NCBI GenBank assembly: GCA_039793395.1
Contig: JBAMLV010000020.1
Span: 4,418-68,417, forward strand
Direction of reading: 5' to 3'
Length of the DNA stretch: 64,000 nucleotides
DNA from: a bacterium
GTDB taxonomy: Bacteria; Hydrothermota; Tepidihabitantia; Tepidihabitantales; Tepidihabitantaceae
A model generated the notes under the pieces. That model saw only the letters and a program-made list of their open reading frames with translations. It did no database searches and had not been told where the DNA came from. Both the position numbers and the translations under genes were made by a program. This document shows, piece by piece, positions 1-8,810 of the stretch. Every line of letters starts with the position of its first letter. The first letter of the stretch is position 1.

Positions 1-1
1 G

Positions 2-784
2 ATTATTATCGGGCTGGCAAAGCCCACCCGCGGTTATGCGCTGGTGCTGGGTAAACCGCCCCGGGAAACCAGGGTGAAGCACCGGGTCGGTTTTCTGCCG
101 GAGTCACCATATTTTTATGAATATCTGACCGCAACCGAATTTCTGACGCTGGCGGCGCAGCTTTCCGGAGTCAGCCGTAATGAAATAAAACCCCGGGTGC
201 GGCAGTTGTTGAAGATGGTGCGGCTGGAGCAGGCGGCAAATCAGCAGATGCGGGGCTTTTCCCGGGGGATGCTCCAGCGCGTGGGAATCGCCCAGGCGCT
301 GATCCACGACCCGGAGGTGGTGATTCTTGATGAGCCGATGGGCGGTCTGGACCCGATTGGCAGAAAGGAGTTCCGGGATATTATCGTCGGGCTGCGGGAA
401 CAGGGTAAGACGGTATTTTTTTCCACTCACATCCTTGCCGATGTGGAGATGATCTGTGACCGGGTGGGAATAATCGTCAGCGGCAGGATGGTGGAGGTAG
501 GACGGCTGAATGAAATTCTGACTGGGGAGGTGGAGTCAATTGAGATTACCCTGAAAGGGGTAAGCGGTAAGTTCCGTAAGGGGCTGGAGCGGATTGCCGG
601 GCGCTGTATTGAGGCCGGCGAGTTAGTGCTTTTGAGCGTCAGGGATGAGGAGGAGGTGGAGCGGGTGCTGGCATTTGCCCGGGAAGCGCAGGCAAAGGTG
701 AAATCGATTGTCCCGCGGACGCGGACGCTGGAGGAGTTCTTTATGGCGCGGGTGGACCGGGCGCGGCAGGAGGAGGGTCGCTGA
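2..784 (+). CDS. ABC transporter ATP-binding protein (PilH/XapD-like), 5'-truncated by window edge
   Basis: Frame is open back to base 2 (IIIGLAKPTRGYALVLGK...). Signature FSRGMLQRVGIAQAL, Walker B VVILDEP, H-loop STHIL. Walker A lies outside the window. Confidence 0.9.
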   Translation: MIIGLAKPTRGYALVLGKPPRETRVKHRVGFLPESPYFYEYLTATEFLTLAAQLSGVSRNEIKPRVRQLLKMVRLEQAANQQMRGFSRGMLQRVGIAQALIHDPEVVILDEPMGGLDPIGRKEFRDIIVGLREQGKTVFFSTHILADVEMICDRVGIIVSGRMVEVGRLNEILTGEVESIEITLKGVSGKFRKGLERIAGRCIEAGELVLLSVRDEEEVERVLAFAREAQAKVKSIVPRTRTLEEFFMARVDRARQEEGR

Positions 785-1551
785 TGTTTAACCGGATTGC
801 GGGCATTGCGGTTAATACCTTCCGGGAGTCGGTTCGGGACCGGGTGCTGGCAGCCCTGATTATCATTGCGATTGTCGTGATGGCAAGTGCCAAGGTGATA
901 CAGCCGGTTGCCCTCGGCGAAGCCGAAAAGATTGTCAAAGACCTCGGACTTTCCGCCATCACCCTGTTCTGTGTGCTGATTGCCATCCTGGTCGGCGGCA
1001 GAATCGTTTACCGGGAGGTGGAAAAGAGGACCATCTATCTACTGCTTTCCCGACCGGTGCGCCGGACCGAGTTTATCATCGGCAAGTATCTGGGAATGAT
1101 GCTGGTGCTGGGGGTGAGCCTGCTGATCTTGACCGCCGGGTTTTATCTGGTTTTGGTGCTGACCGGCGTGAAGCCGGACTCGCGGTTACTGCTGGCGGTG
1201 GTGATGACCGGTTTTGAACTGGCAATCCTGACCGCGGTTGCCGTTCTTTTTTCAACCTTTGTCACCCCGATTGCCAGTGCGGTGTTTACCTTTCTGATTT
1301 ATTTTATCGGGCACAGCACCCATCTGCTGAAACAGCTGGCGGCAATGAGTCCGGTGGTGGCGGTGAAGTTTATCGGGCTGTTTCTGTATTATCTGCTGCC
1401 CAATCTGAACAATTTCAATCTCCGTGGGGATGTGGTGCACGGGGCACCGCTGAATCCGCTGGCGATAGTAATTTCCATTGCCTATGCGCTGGTTTACACC
1501 TTTACCCTGCTTTTTATTGCCGTAGTCATCTTCAACCGCCGGGATTTCTGA
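784..1551 (+). CDS. ABC-2 type transporter permease (PilI-like)
   Basis: About six hydrophobic segments; REVEKRTIYLLLSRPVRRTEFIIGKYLG motif; ends FNRRDF; stop/start overlap with the ATPase. Confidence 0.88.
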   Translation: MFNRIAGIAVNTFRESVRDRVLAALIIIAIVVMASAKVIQPVALGEAEKIVKDLGLSAITLFCVLIAILVGGRIVYREVEKRTIYLLLSRPVRRTEFIIGKYLGMMLVLGVSLLILTAGFYLVLVLTGVKPDSRLLLAVVMTGFELAILTAVAVLFSTFVTPIASAVFTFLIYFIGHSTHLLKQLAAMSPVVAVKFIGLFLYYLLPNLNNFNLRGDVVHGAPLNPLAIVISIAYALVYTFTLLFIAVVIFNRRDF

Positions 1552-2444
1552 TGAATCTGACCGAAATCACGAGACCGGTTCCACGTGGCCCGGGCTGGCT
1601 GGTGACACTGCTGCCGGTGGTGCTGGTTGTCTGGGGTTTTGTCGGGGTTTACCTGCTGCAACTGGCATTTGATTCCACCGCCCGGCCCGGGGAGAGGCTG
1701 GTGCAGGAACTCGCCTATTTTCCTTCCGGCGTTGCGCTCCGGGAAATGGCAATTGAATACCGGGAGGCAATGGCAGATTTTATCTGGCTGGTGGCAATTG
1801 ACTATTATGGCCGGCATGAGCAGACCGACCGGCGCTATGAATGGCTGGGCCATATCTTTGAGGTGCTGACCACCCTTGACCCCCGTTTTATCGGTGCGTA
1901 TCACTTCGGGGCGATTACATTGGCCTGGGATGCGCATCAGCCGGTTGAGGCTTTGCGGATTCTATTCAGCGGGATGAAGGCAAATCCGCTTAACTGGCAG
2001 TTGCCATTTGACGCCGGGTTTATCAATTACATCCTGATTGGAGACTATCAGTCAGCTGCCAAGTTGTTTCAGGTGGCATCAAAACTGCCCGATGCCTGGC
2101 CGATTATTGAACGGTGGGTGCCGTATGCGACCGCGCGCAGCGGCGATTTCGCAACTGCCCGGGAGATGTGGAAGGACCTTTATTACAGCACCGATAACAA
2201 GAAATTGAAGGAGCTGATTGTCCGCCAGTTGAAATGGTTGAAACTGGAAGAGGGGCGGGCAAAGATTCAAAAGGCGGTGGACCGGTTTATTGAAAAGGAA
2301 AAAAGAGTGCCGGCAGGTATTCAGGAACTGCTTGAGCGCGGGTATCTGCAGGAACTGCCGGAAGAACCCTATGGCGGCAGGTATTATCTTGAGGGTAATC
2401 AGGTCCGGACCACAACCCCGGCAAGCCGCCGCGGTTCGGGATAA
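1551..2444 (+). CDS. Membrane-anchored TPR-like protein (PilG/XapA-like accessory of pilus-linked ABC transporter)
   Basis: N-terminal TM helix, helical repeats (LDPRFIGAYHFG, NPLNWQLPFDAGF), C-terminal pilin-like tail (LLERGYLQELPEEPYGG); TGATG-coupled to the permease. Confidence 0.55.
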   Translation: MNLTEITRPVPRGPGWLVTLLPVVLVVWGFVGVYLLQLAFDSTARPGERLVQELAYFPSGVALREMAIEYREAMADFIWLVAIDYYGRHEQTDRRYEWLGHIFEVLTTLDPRFIGAYHFGAITLAWDAHQPVEALRILFSGMKANPLNWQLPFDAGFINYILIGDYQSAAKLFQVASKLPDAWPIIERWVPYATARSGDFATAREMWKDLYYSTDNKKLKELIVRQLKWLKLEEGRAKIQKAVDRFIEKEKRVPAGIQELLERGYLQELPEEPYGGRYYLEGNQVRTTTPASRRGSG

Positions 2445-2447
2445 AAC

Positions 2448-2475
2448 TTGACAAGAGCAGGATGGATACTATAGT
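2448..2475 (+). promoter_or_regulatory. Sigma70-type promoter for pilin operon
   Basis: TTGACA (2448-2453), 16-nt spacer, TATAGT (2470-2475); AAAGGAG SD follows before ATG 2496. Confidence 0.7.
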
Positions 2476-2495
2476 ATTTCAGTAAAGGAGATTTT

Positions 2496-3032
2496 ATGGT
2501 GTGTAAAAACCGCGGTTTTACCCTGGTGGAACTTTTGGTGGTCATTCTCATTCTGGGGGTGCTGATGGGTATGGCGGTCCCGCGATTTTCCGGTATCCGC
2601 ACCCAGGCCCGGATTGCGGCGATGAAGATGAACCTGCACAATGTGCAAACCGCAATTGAGCTGTTTCATCAGGAGTTCGGTTACTATGCCGAGGATTTTT
2701 ATGAGGATGGTTACGGCTGTATCTTTCCGGGTGGTGAGTATGATGTCCGCATCGGTAAGCTGCCCACCAATCCGTGGACGGGTAAGGAGATGGACCCGGA
2801 TGAGTTCAATCCTGAGGATTATGATGACATCACCGAAATCAGTAATACCGATGAATATGGGCCAAATGATGTTTATGGTTATGACCCCGGGAATATCGTT
2901 TATAAGGTGTATGACCCACCCGGTGCTGCCTATCCCACTCATTACGGTCTTTTGGGTATTGACCACAGCGGTTCTTCAATCCGGGATTTTGATGCGGATG
3001 GCGATGTGGTGATATTTGTCCTGCACAACTGA
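2496..3032 (+). CDS. Type IV pilin / GspG-like prepilin (probable major pilin)
   Basis: Class III signal NRG|FTLVELLVV with E5, P22; LPTNPW motif; first gene after promoter with strong SD. Confidence 0.85.
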   Translation: MVCKNRGFTLVELLVVILILGVLMGMAVPRFSGIRTQARIAAMKMNLHNVQTAIELFHQEFGYYAEDFYEDGYGCIFPGGEYDVRIGKLPTNPWTGKEMDPDEFNPEDYDDITEISNTDEYGPNDVYGYDPGNIVYKVYDPPGAAYPTHYGLLGIDHSGSSIRDFDADGDVVIFVLHN

Positions 3033-3041
3033 GGGGGCACA

Positions 3042-3638
3042 ATGGCTAAAAGGTTATTCTTGACACTGGGGAAGCGAAAATCTATAATTCAATTAGTGAC
3101 CAGCAGAAGCTACTCAGGCCGCGGGTTCACGCTGGTGGAACTGCTGGTAGTGATTTCAGTACTGGGAATTCTGCTTGCCTTTTTTGTGCCGACGATGATT
3201 TCCCGGGTGACAACCAATGCGCGCCGCACCGCCACCCTGCAGGAAATGAATACGCTCCGCGAGGCGATAATGGGTAATCCGGATTTAAGAATCGGGGGTG
3301 AGGTTGCCGGTTACGGCTTCAAGCAGGATGTTGGCCGGTTGCCCCGGGACCTGGTGGAGCTGGCAACGAGGAATCCGTTTGAAGGCATATATGCCCAGCG
3401 GATGTATGTGGGGAAGGAGACGCTGCCAGCCTGGAACCCGTATATTCAGAAAGGCTGGAATGGTCCATACATTCGTGAGGATGGGGAAATGGGTTATCTG
3501 TATGACGCCTGGGGGACCGAATACAAGTTCTGGATTGAGAATAACGAGACCCTTGGTCTGGTGAGTGCGGGTCCGGATGGGTTGTTCTGGGGCCAGCCCG
3601 GTGCAGTTAAGAATGATGATATCAGGGTGAGGTTCTGA
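3042..3638 (+). CDS. Prepilin-type N-terminal cleavage protein, GspG-like pseudopilin
   Basis: RG|FTLVELLVV; DVGRLPRDLVEL, WNGPY, DAWG and LVSAGPDG motifs typical of T2SS-G domains. Confidence 0.85.
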   Translation: MAKRLFLTLGKRKSIIQLVTSRSYSGRGFTLVELLVVISVLGILLAFFVPTMISRVTTNARRTATLQEMNTLREAIMGNPDLRIGGEVAGYGFKQDVGRLPRDLVELATRNPFEGIYAQRMYVGKETLPAWNPYIQKGWNGPYIREDGEMGYLYDAWGTEYKFWIENNETLGLVSAGPDGLFWGQPGAVKNDDIRVRF

Positions 3639-4438
3639 TGAAAAGAGGATTTGAGCGGGGTGTGACCCTGATTGAACTGCTGGTGGTGATTATGATTCTG
3701 AGCGTGATTCTGACAGCCGCAATCAAGACCTGGGATGTGACGCTGGAGCGGGGGCGGTTTGAACAGACCCGGCAGAAGCTGGACCGGCTTGCCAAAGTGA
3801 TTACCGGTGACCCCGATTATGTGGTTGGCGGAGTGCGTGCCGATTTCGGATTTGTCGGTGATATGGGGGCGTTACCCCGGAGTTTAAGCGACCTTGCCAG
3901 TCCACCTGCCTGGGTATCGCCGCCGGAAAGCAGCCGCTGGCGCGGTCCTTATATCAAGTCAACATTTGCTGAGTCGCCAGAGGGTTACCGGATTGACGGC
4001 TGGGGAGATACGATTATCTTTGAACGGGACAGTATGTTTTTGCGGAGCTATGGTGGCGGTGGACTGGTTGACCGGACCAAATGGATTACCAAGGGGTTAG
4101 GTTATACACTTAATGACCTGCTGCATAATGTGGTGGACGGTTCAATTGTTGACCAGCGGGGAGTGCCCCCCCCGGATTCATTGCTGCCCAGGATTACGGT
4201 CCAGCTTGAATATCCCAGACAGGGTGTTTTATATCGCGACAGTTATACACCAGCAACCAATGGCCAATTTGAGTTCCGGGATGTGCCGCAAGGGATTCAG
4301 ACACTCCGGGTGATGGTATGGTTTTACTATCCGCCACCAGCGCGGTGTGATACGCTGGTAAAGGCGGTGACGGTATTTCCGCGCGTGGGCGCGCGTGGTG
4401 TTGAGGTCCGGTTGAATGTGGACTGGAACAGTATGTGA
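3638..4438 (+). CDS. Prepilin-type protein, GspG-like domain plus C-terminal beta-sandwich extension
   Basis: RG|VTLIELLVV; DMGALPRSL, WRGPY, DGWG; extension VDGSIVDQRG...NGQFEFRDVPQG resembles a carboxypeptidase-regulatory-like domain. Confidence 0.8.
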   Translation: MKRGFERGVTLIELLVVIMILSVILTAAIKTWDVTLERGRFEQTRQKLDRLAKVITGDPDYVVGGVRADFGFVGDMGALPRSLSDLASPPAWVSPPESSRWRGPYIKSTFAESPEGYRIDGWGDTIIFERDSMFLRSYGGGGLVDRTKWITKGLGYTLNDLLHNVVDGSIVDQRGVPPPDSLLPRITVQLEYPRQGVLYRDSYTPATNGQFEFRDVPQGIQTLRVMVWFYYPPPARCDTLVKAVTVFPRVGARGVEVRLNVDWNSM

Positions 4439-4446
4439 GGTGGAGT

Positions 4447-5568
4447 ATGAAGAGGAAATTTTCGGGATTTACGCTGATGGAACTTTTGGTGGTATTGTTA
4501 ATTATCGGTATTCTCAGTACCGTGGCACTGCGCACGATTGATGCCACCCGGGACCGAGCACTTTTTGACCAGACGACCAGGGAGATGCGGGAACTGGCTT
4601 ATGCGATGGTCGGGAATCCGGAGCTGGTGGCAAATGGTCAGCGGGTTGATTTCGGATTTTACGGGGATATGATGCGGCTGCCCAATGATCTGCGGGAACT
4701 GGTGGAGAACACCACCAATTCTCCGTTCTGGCACGGACCCTACCTGCGCCGGGAGTTTTTGCAGGACAGCGTGGGCTATCGTTATGACGCCTGGGGCAAC
4801 CCCTATACATTTAATCCGGTGACCGGCACAATTGCCACCATTGGCAATGGCAAGTATCCGATGACCATCCGGGTGGTGGATTCGGTTGCCCATCTGACCA
4901 ATAACACCATCTTCGGCAATATCACCGATGCGGACAACAATCCGCCCGGTGATAAGGCTGCCACCGTCGGGGTTTATCTTTATCTGCCGAATGGCACCAG
5001 TTATTTCACCCGTCCGGATGCCGGTGGTTACTATGAATTTTCACCTTTAACCCACGGCAGTGTTCCAATTGGCCATCACAAGATTGTCGCCAGAAGGCCC
5101 GGAGGTGATTCAATCGTGAAATGGGTTACCGTGGTGCCCCGGAGCCGGACGATTGTGGATTTTCGCTTCAGCCGGCTGTTCCGGAATTACCTGCAGCTGG
5201 TCGGGACACCAAAACTTTCGGGCGACAGTACCGGGTTTACCATTGCGGTGGTTAATCCGGGCAGTAATCCGGACACCATCAGCTCAATTCAGTTTATTGA
5301 GGCGCCGGACAGCGCCTATATGAGCTGGCTCTACATCCGCAATCATGAACAGCGCCAGTGGGAGTATTCCCCGCGTCCGGGCAGGGGCGATTCCTTTGCC
5401 ATAATGCCGAGCCCGTTTGTGATTGGCCCGAACGGGGAGGAAGTGGTGGAGTTTAGTTTTTACAACTTTTACAAAACCCCGATCGGCGGGGACACGCGCA
5501 ATATCTATAATCAACTGTTCCGGCTGAGGTTTAACGATGGTTCGGAGTTCAGTGTCCGACCCAGGTGA
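4447..5568 (+). CDS. Large prepilin-type protein, GspG-like domain plus two beta-rich domains
   Basis: SG|FTLMELLVV; DMMRLPNDLREL, WHGPY, DAWG; IFGNITDAD...GGYYEF domain. ATG 4447 preferred over GTG 4435 because GAGGTGGAG precedes it. Confidence 0.8.
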   Translation: MKRKFSGFTLMELLVVLLIIGILSTVALRTIDATRDRALFDQTTREMRELAYAMVGNPELVANGQRVDFGFYGDMMRLPNDLRELVENTTNSPFWHGPYLRREFLQDSVGYRYDAWGNPYTFNPVTGTIATIGNGKYPMTIRVVDSVAHLTNNTIFGNITDADNNPPGDKAATVGVYLYLPNGTSYFTRPDAGGYYEFSPLTHGSVPIGHHKIVARRPGGDSIVKWVTVVPRSRTIVDFRFSRLFRNYLQLVGTPKLSGDSTGFTIAVVNPGSNPDTISSIQFIEAPDSAYMSWLYIRNHEQRQWEYSPRPGRGDSFAIMPSPFVIGPNGEEVVEFSFYNFYKTPIGGDTRNIYNQLFRLRFNDGSEFSVRPR

Positions 5569-5589
5569 ATTTTGACATAAGGAGGCAAA

Positions 5590-7194
5590 TTGGCAACTAA
5601 AGTCTTCGGCGGGGGTGGTAAGGGCACCCTCTGTATTGATATCGGCTCCAATTCAGTTAAGTTTGTCAAGGTTGAAGGGGGCAGGGTTGTGGACTATGGA
5701 TTGAAGGAGATTGGCGAGGCGTTTGATGTCCCCTCAATCTTGCGGGAGCTGATCAAGGATTACAAGCCGCGTGAGGTTTATACCTTCGTATCCGGACCTT
5801 CGGTCAGTGTCCGCCAGGCGCCGTTCCCGAAGATGAACCGCCGGGAATTAAAGGATGCGATTCTCCTCCGGCTGGATAAATATTCGCCGTTCACGCTGGA
5901 TGAGGCGATATTTGACTTCAAGACCCTGGGGCCGGTGCGTGAGGCCGGGGCGATCAAGGATAATGTGATGGTGATTGCAGCACGGAAGGATATCATTTCC
6001 GACCACATCTCAACCCTGCGCAAAGCCGGTCTGGAACCGTCGGCAATCAGCGTTATTCCGTTTGCCCTGCAGGCGGCGGTGAAGAAGTTCGGCCGGGTGC
6101 GTCCGGATGAGACCATCTGCCTGCTGGACATCGGTGCCGAGTTTACTGATATCATTTTTATGAAGGGTGAACGGCTGGATCTGGCGCGCACCGTGACCAC
6201 CGCCGGGAATGCAATTACCGAGGCGATGACCGTCGCCATTACGACCGAAGAGGGACAGCTGGCGCTGGATGCCTACGATGCCGAGGAGCTGAAACGTAAA
6301 TACGGAATACCACCCGAAGATTCCACCGAGCGGTTACCATCGGGGATTATGGTCAAGCGGCTGGTAACCCTGCAGCGACCGGCGCTGGAACGATTTGTTG
6401 CCGAAATCAATCGTTCGCTGGATTTCTACCGCCGGGAGTTCGGAGAGCAGAAGGTTGACCGGTTGCTGATCTGTGGCGGCACGGCAGCGCTGAAAGGGCT
6501 GCGCGAGTATCTGCAGACCAGCCTGGGAATTCCAACCGAAATTTTTGATCCGTTCAAGGATTTCGGCCTTTACCGTCCCGGGACAACACCGCAGGAGGAA
6601 ATCGGTTACCGGCTGGTGGCGGCCCTCGGGCTGTATTACGACCATACCGCAGTTGACCTATTACCGGTGGAGATGAAGGCGGGTAAGTTTATTGCCCGCG
6701 ATGTCCGGATGATGACCATCGGCGGCATCCTCTGGGTCGGACTGCTGATTTTAGGCTACATTTTTGTTGCCGGCTGGTCCGGTATTTCCACCGGGCAGGT
6801 TTCCAGATTAAAGAACGAAATCAAGGCGACCGAGGAGCAGAATCGCAGCTATTTTGAACTGGAAAAGGAGATATCCGAACTGGAGGCAAGGCAGAAGGCG
6901 CTGACCAGTGTTGTCGGTGAGGTGATGCCGGCGGTGCCGGTGATGGCAAAAATCTCCAATATTGTGCCGGCAAATATTCAGCTGAATACATTTACGCTGG
7001 CCAATCGCACCAATGTCAAACTGACCGGGGTGGTGAGTGGTGAACCGCATCTGCTGGATGTGGACCTGGCGCAGTTTCTGATTGACCTGGAACGGAGCCC
7101 GACCTTTAAGCAGGTGCAGTTAGTTTCCAAGAACCGCACCAGCCTTCAGGGTGAGACGGTGCTGGAATTTGAAATTCAGTGTGTGACGGAGTAG
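5590..7194 (+). CDS. pilM: Type IV pilus assembly protein PilM fused to a PilN-like domain
   Basis: IDIGSNSVK and LDIGAEFT actin-like motifs, ICGGTAALKGL; then VDLLP (PilN INLLP-like), TM helix, coiled coil, ferredoxin-like PilN tail. TTG start after TAAGGAGG. Confidence 0.85.
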   Translation: MATKVFGGGGKGTLCIDIGSNSVKFVKVEGGRVVDYGLKEIGEAFDVPSILRELIKDYKPREVYTFVSGPSVSVRQAPFPKMNRRELKDAILLRLDKYSPFTLDEAIFDFKTLGPVREAGAIKDNVMVIAARKDIISDHISTLRKAGLEPSAISVIPFALQAAVKKFGRVRPDETICLLDIGAEFTDIIFMKGERLDLARTVTTAGNAITEAMTVAITTEEGQLALDAYDAEELKRKYGIPPEDSTERLPSGIMVKRLVTLQRPALERFVAEINRSLDFYRREFGEQKVDRLLICGGTAALKGLREYLQTSLGIPTEIFDPFKDFGLYRPGTTPQEEIGYRLVAALGLYYDHTAVDLLPVEMKAGKFIARDVRMMTIGGILWVGLLILGYIFVAGWSGISTGQVSRLKNEIKATEEQNRSYFELEKEISELEARQKALTSVVGEVMPAVPVMAKISNIVPANIQLNTFTLANRTNVKLTGVVSGEPHLLDVDLAQFLIDLERSPTFKQVQLVSKNRTSLQGETVLEFEIQCVTE

Positions 7195-7197
7195 ATT

Positions 7198-7773
7198 ATG
7201 AGCCTAATTGAAAGAAGAGTTGTTCTCATTGGTATTGTGATATATGTGGTGCTCGGCATTGGAGCCTGGTTTTTACTCTATCAGCCCCGAATCAAAGCAA
7301 GACAGAAGACGATGGCGGAAATCAGGGACCTGCAGAAGCAGCTGGAGGAGACCAAGGCGCGCATTGCTCAGATGCCCCGCCTGCGTCAGCGGAAGGAGCA
7401 GCTGGAAGCAGAAATCAGCGGTATCTGGGCAAGGGTTGTTCCCCGTTCTCAGATGCTGAGTCTGTTCCGGGACCTTGCCCGGGAAGCGGAACAGCAGCGG
7501 GTGCACTTTTTGGAGATTATTCCTCCGGGGCTGGATACCCTGCTGCAGGAAGAGGGACCGAGTGCGCAGGTGCGGCCGGTGCCATTTATGGTAACAGTCC
7601 AGGGCCGGTATCTTGATATCGGAAGATTTGTTGAAGGGCTTGCCGATTATCCCTATTTTGTGCGGGTCCCGGATTTTGATTTCAGCGCTCGTGAGGATAT
7701 CAGACCGGAAGTGGAGGCGAAACTGCTGGTGAATATCTATGCCTCAAGTCTTGCGGGCAGGAGTAATTTGTGA
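7198..7773 (+). CDS. pilO: Type 4a pilus biogenesis protein PilO
   Basis: N-terminal TM, coiled coil, VPFMVTVQGRYLDIGRFVEGL motif; position after pilMN. Confidence 0.8.
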   Translation: MSLIERRVVLIGIVIYVVLGIGAWFLLYQPRIKARQKTMAEIRDLQKQLEETKARIAQMPRLRQRKEQLEAEISGIWARVVPRSQMLSLFRDLAREAEQQRVHFLEIIPPGLDTLLQEEGPSAQVRPVPFMVTVQGRYLDIGRFVEGLADYPYFVRVPDFDFSAREDIRPEVEAKLLVNIYASSLAGRSNL

Positions 7774-8318
7774 GAAGGGTAATTCTGATTGTTATCGTCG
7801 CGGCGGTGGTGGTGATTGGCGGCGTGATGCTGTTCCGGAAGCCGAAGGCATCAGCCAGTTCACGCCGGACGCAGCAGACCGATTCGGTAGCCGGGCAGAG
7901 TGCAACCACAACTCGGGGTAAGACTGTCGGACGGATAAAGGCGAAAACCAAGGAGGAGCGGGCGGCGGAACGGAAAAGGCTCCGGGCTGAGGAACGAAAG
8001 CGGAAACGGGAACTCAAGCGCCAGGAAAGGGAGCGGCGCCGGATGCTCAAATATGCCCGGAGTCGTCGCGGCACCCGGAAGAGTGCAAGCCGGAAGGGCA
8101 CCTATTATGTGGTGAAGGCGATTGTTTCGCTGGGGGACGACAGCTATGCGCTGATTGATAACCGCCGGGTGCGGGTCGGTGATGTGGTGATGGGAAGAAA
8201 GATTGTGGCGATTGGAACTGACCGGATTGAGGTCGAGGCGTTTGGACGCCGAACCACGGTTCGGGTAGGGGAAAGTCTGGTGCCGACAAGCTATTTTACG
8301 CAGCGAAAAAGAGGTTAG
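7770..8318 (+). CDS. PilP/GspB-like protein with long Lys/Arg-rich segment
   Basis: TM anchor, highly basic linker, C-terminal ALIDNRRVRVGDVVMGRKIVAI beta domain; located between pilO and pilQ. Confidence 0.55.
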   Translation: MRRVILIVIVAAVVVIGGVMLFRKPKASASSRRTQQTDSVAGQSATTTRGKTVGRIKAKTKEERAAERKRLRAEERKRKRELKRQERERRRMLKYARSRRGTRKSASRKGTYYVVKAIVSLGDDSYALIDNRRVRVGDVVMGRKIVAIGTDRIEVEAFGRRTTVRVGESLVPTSYFTQRKRG

Positions 8319-8351
8319 ATAGAATGGTAATTTTTTAAAGAAAGGAGCACC

Positions 8352-8807
8352 TTGAGACCGAGAATTATGGTAATTTTAGGTTTGGGGGTCGCGGTGCTGG
8401 CGGTATTTACCCTGGTGCGCTCCCGACCGCCGGTTGCTCCACAGGTGATTACCGGGGCGGCAGCCGAGGTAACGCAGCAGGTCCGGGGTAAAGCAGCCGC
8501 AGTGCGGACCGCAGTTCAGGAGGCGGTGGCACCGCTGACTCAGCAGGCGGCAAGACAGCCGGCAGTTGCGGAGCCGGTTGTATGGGGAAGCGACCCGTTC
8601 GTGCGGGACTGGATGCTGATGAGTGAGGTTGCCAATCTGAATCTGCGGGCGATTACCGTAACCAGTGGCGGTGCGAGTGCTTTGATTAATGACCAGATTG
8701 TTCAGGTTGGCGACTTGATCAGCGGGAAACGGGTGGTCAGGATTGAACAGGATCAGGTAACGCTGGAACAGGGTGGCAGGACATTTACCTTGACACTGGG
8801 GGAGTAA
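8352..8807 (+). CDS. Second PilP/GspB/MshK-like protein
   Basis: TM anchor, WGSDPF, ALINDQIVQVGDLISGKRVVRI domain similar to preceding gene; TTG start after AAGGAG. Confidence 0.55.
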   Translation: MRPRIMVILGLGVAVLAVFTLVRSRPPVAPQVITGAAAEVTQQVRGKAAAVRTAVQEAVAPLTQQAARQPAVAEPVVWGSDPFVRDWMLMSEVANLNLRAITVTSGGASALINDQIVQVGDLISGKRVVRIEQDQVTLEQGGRTFTLTLGE

Positions 8808-8810
8808 ATT

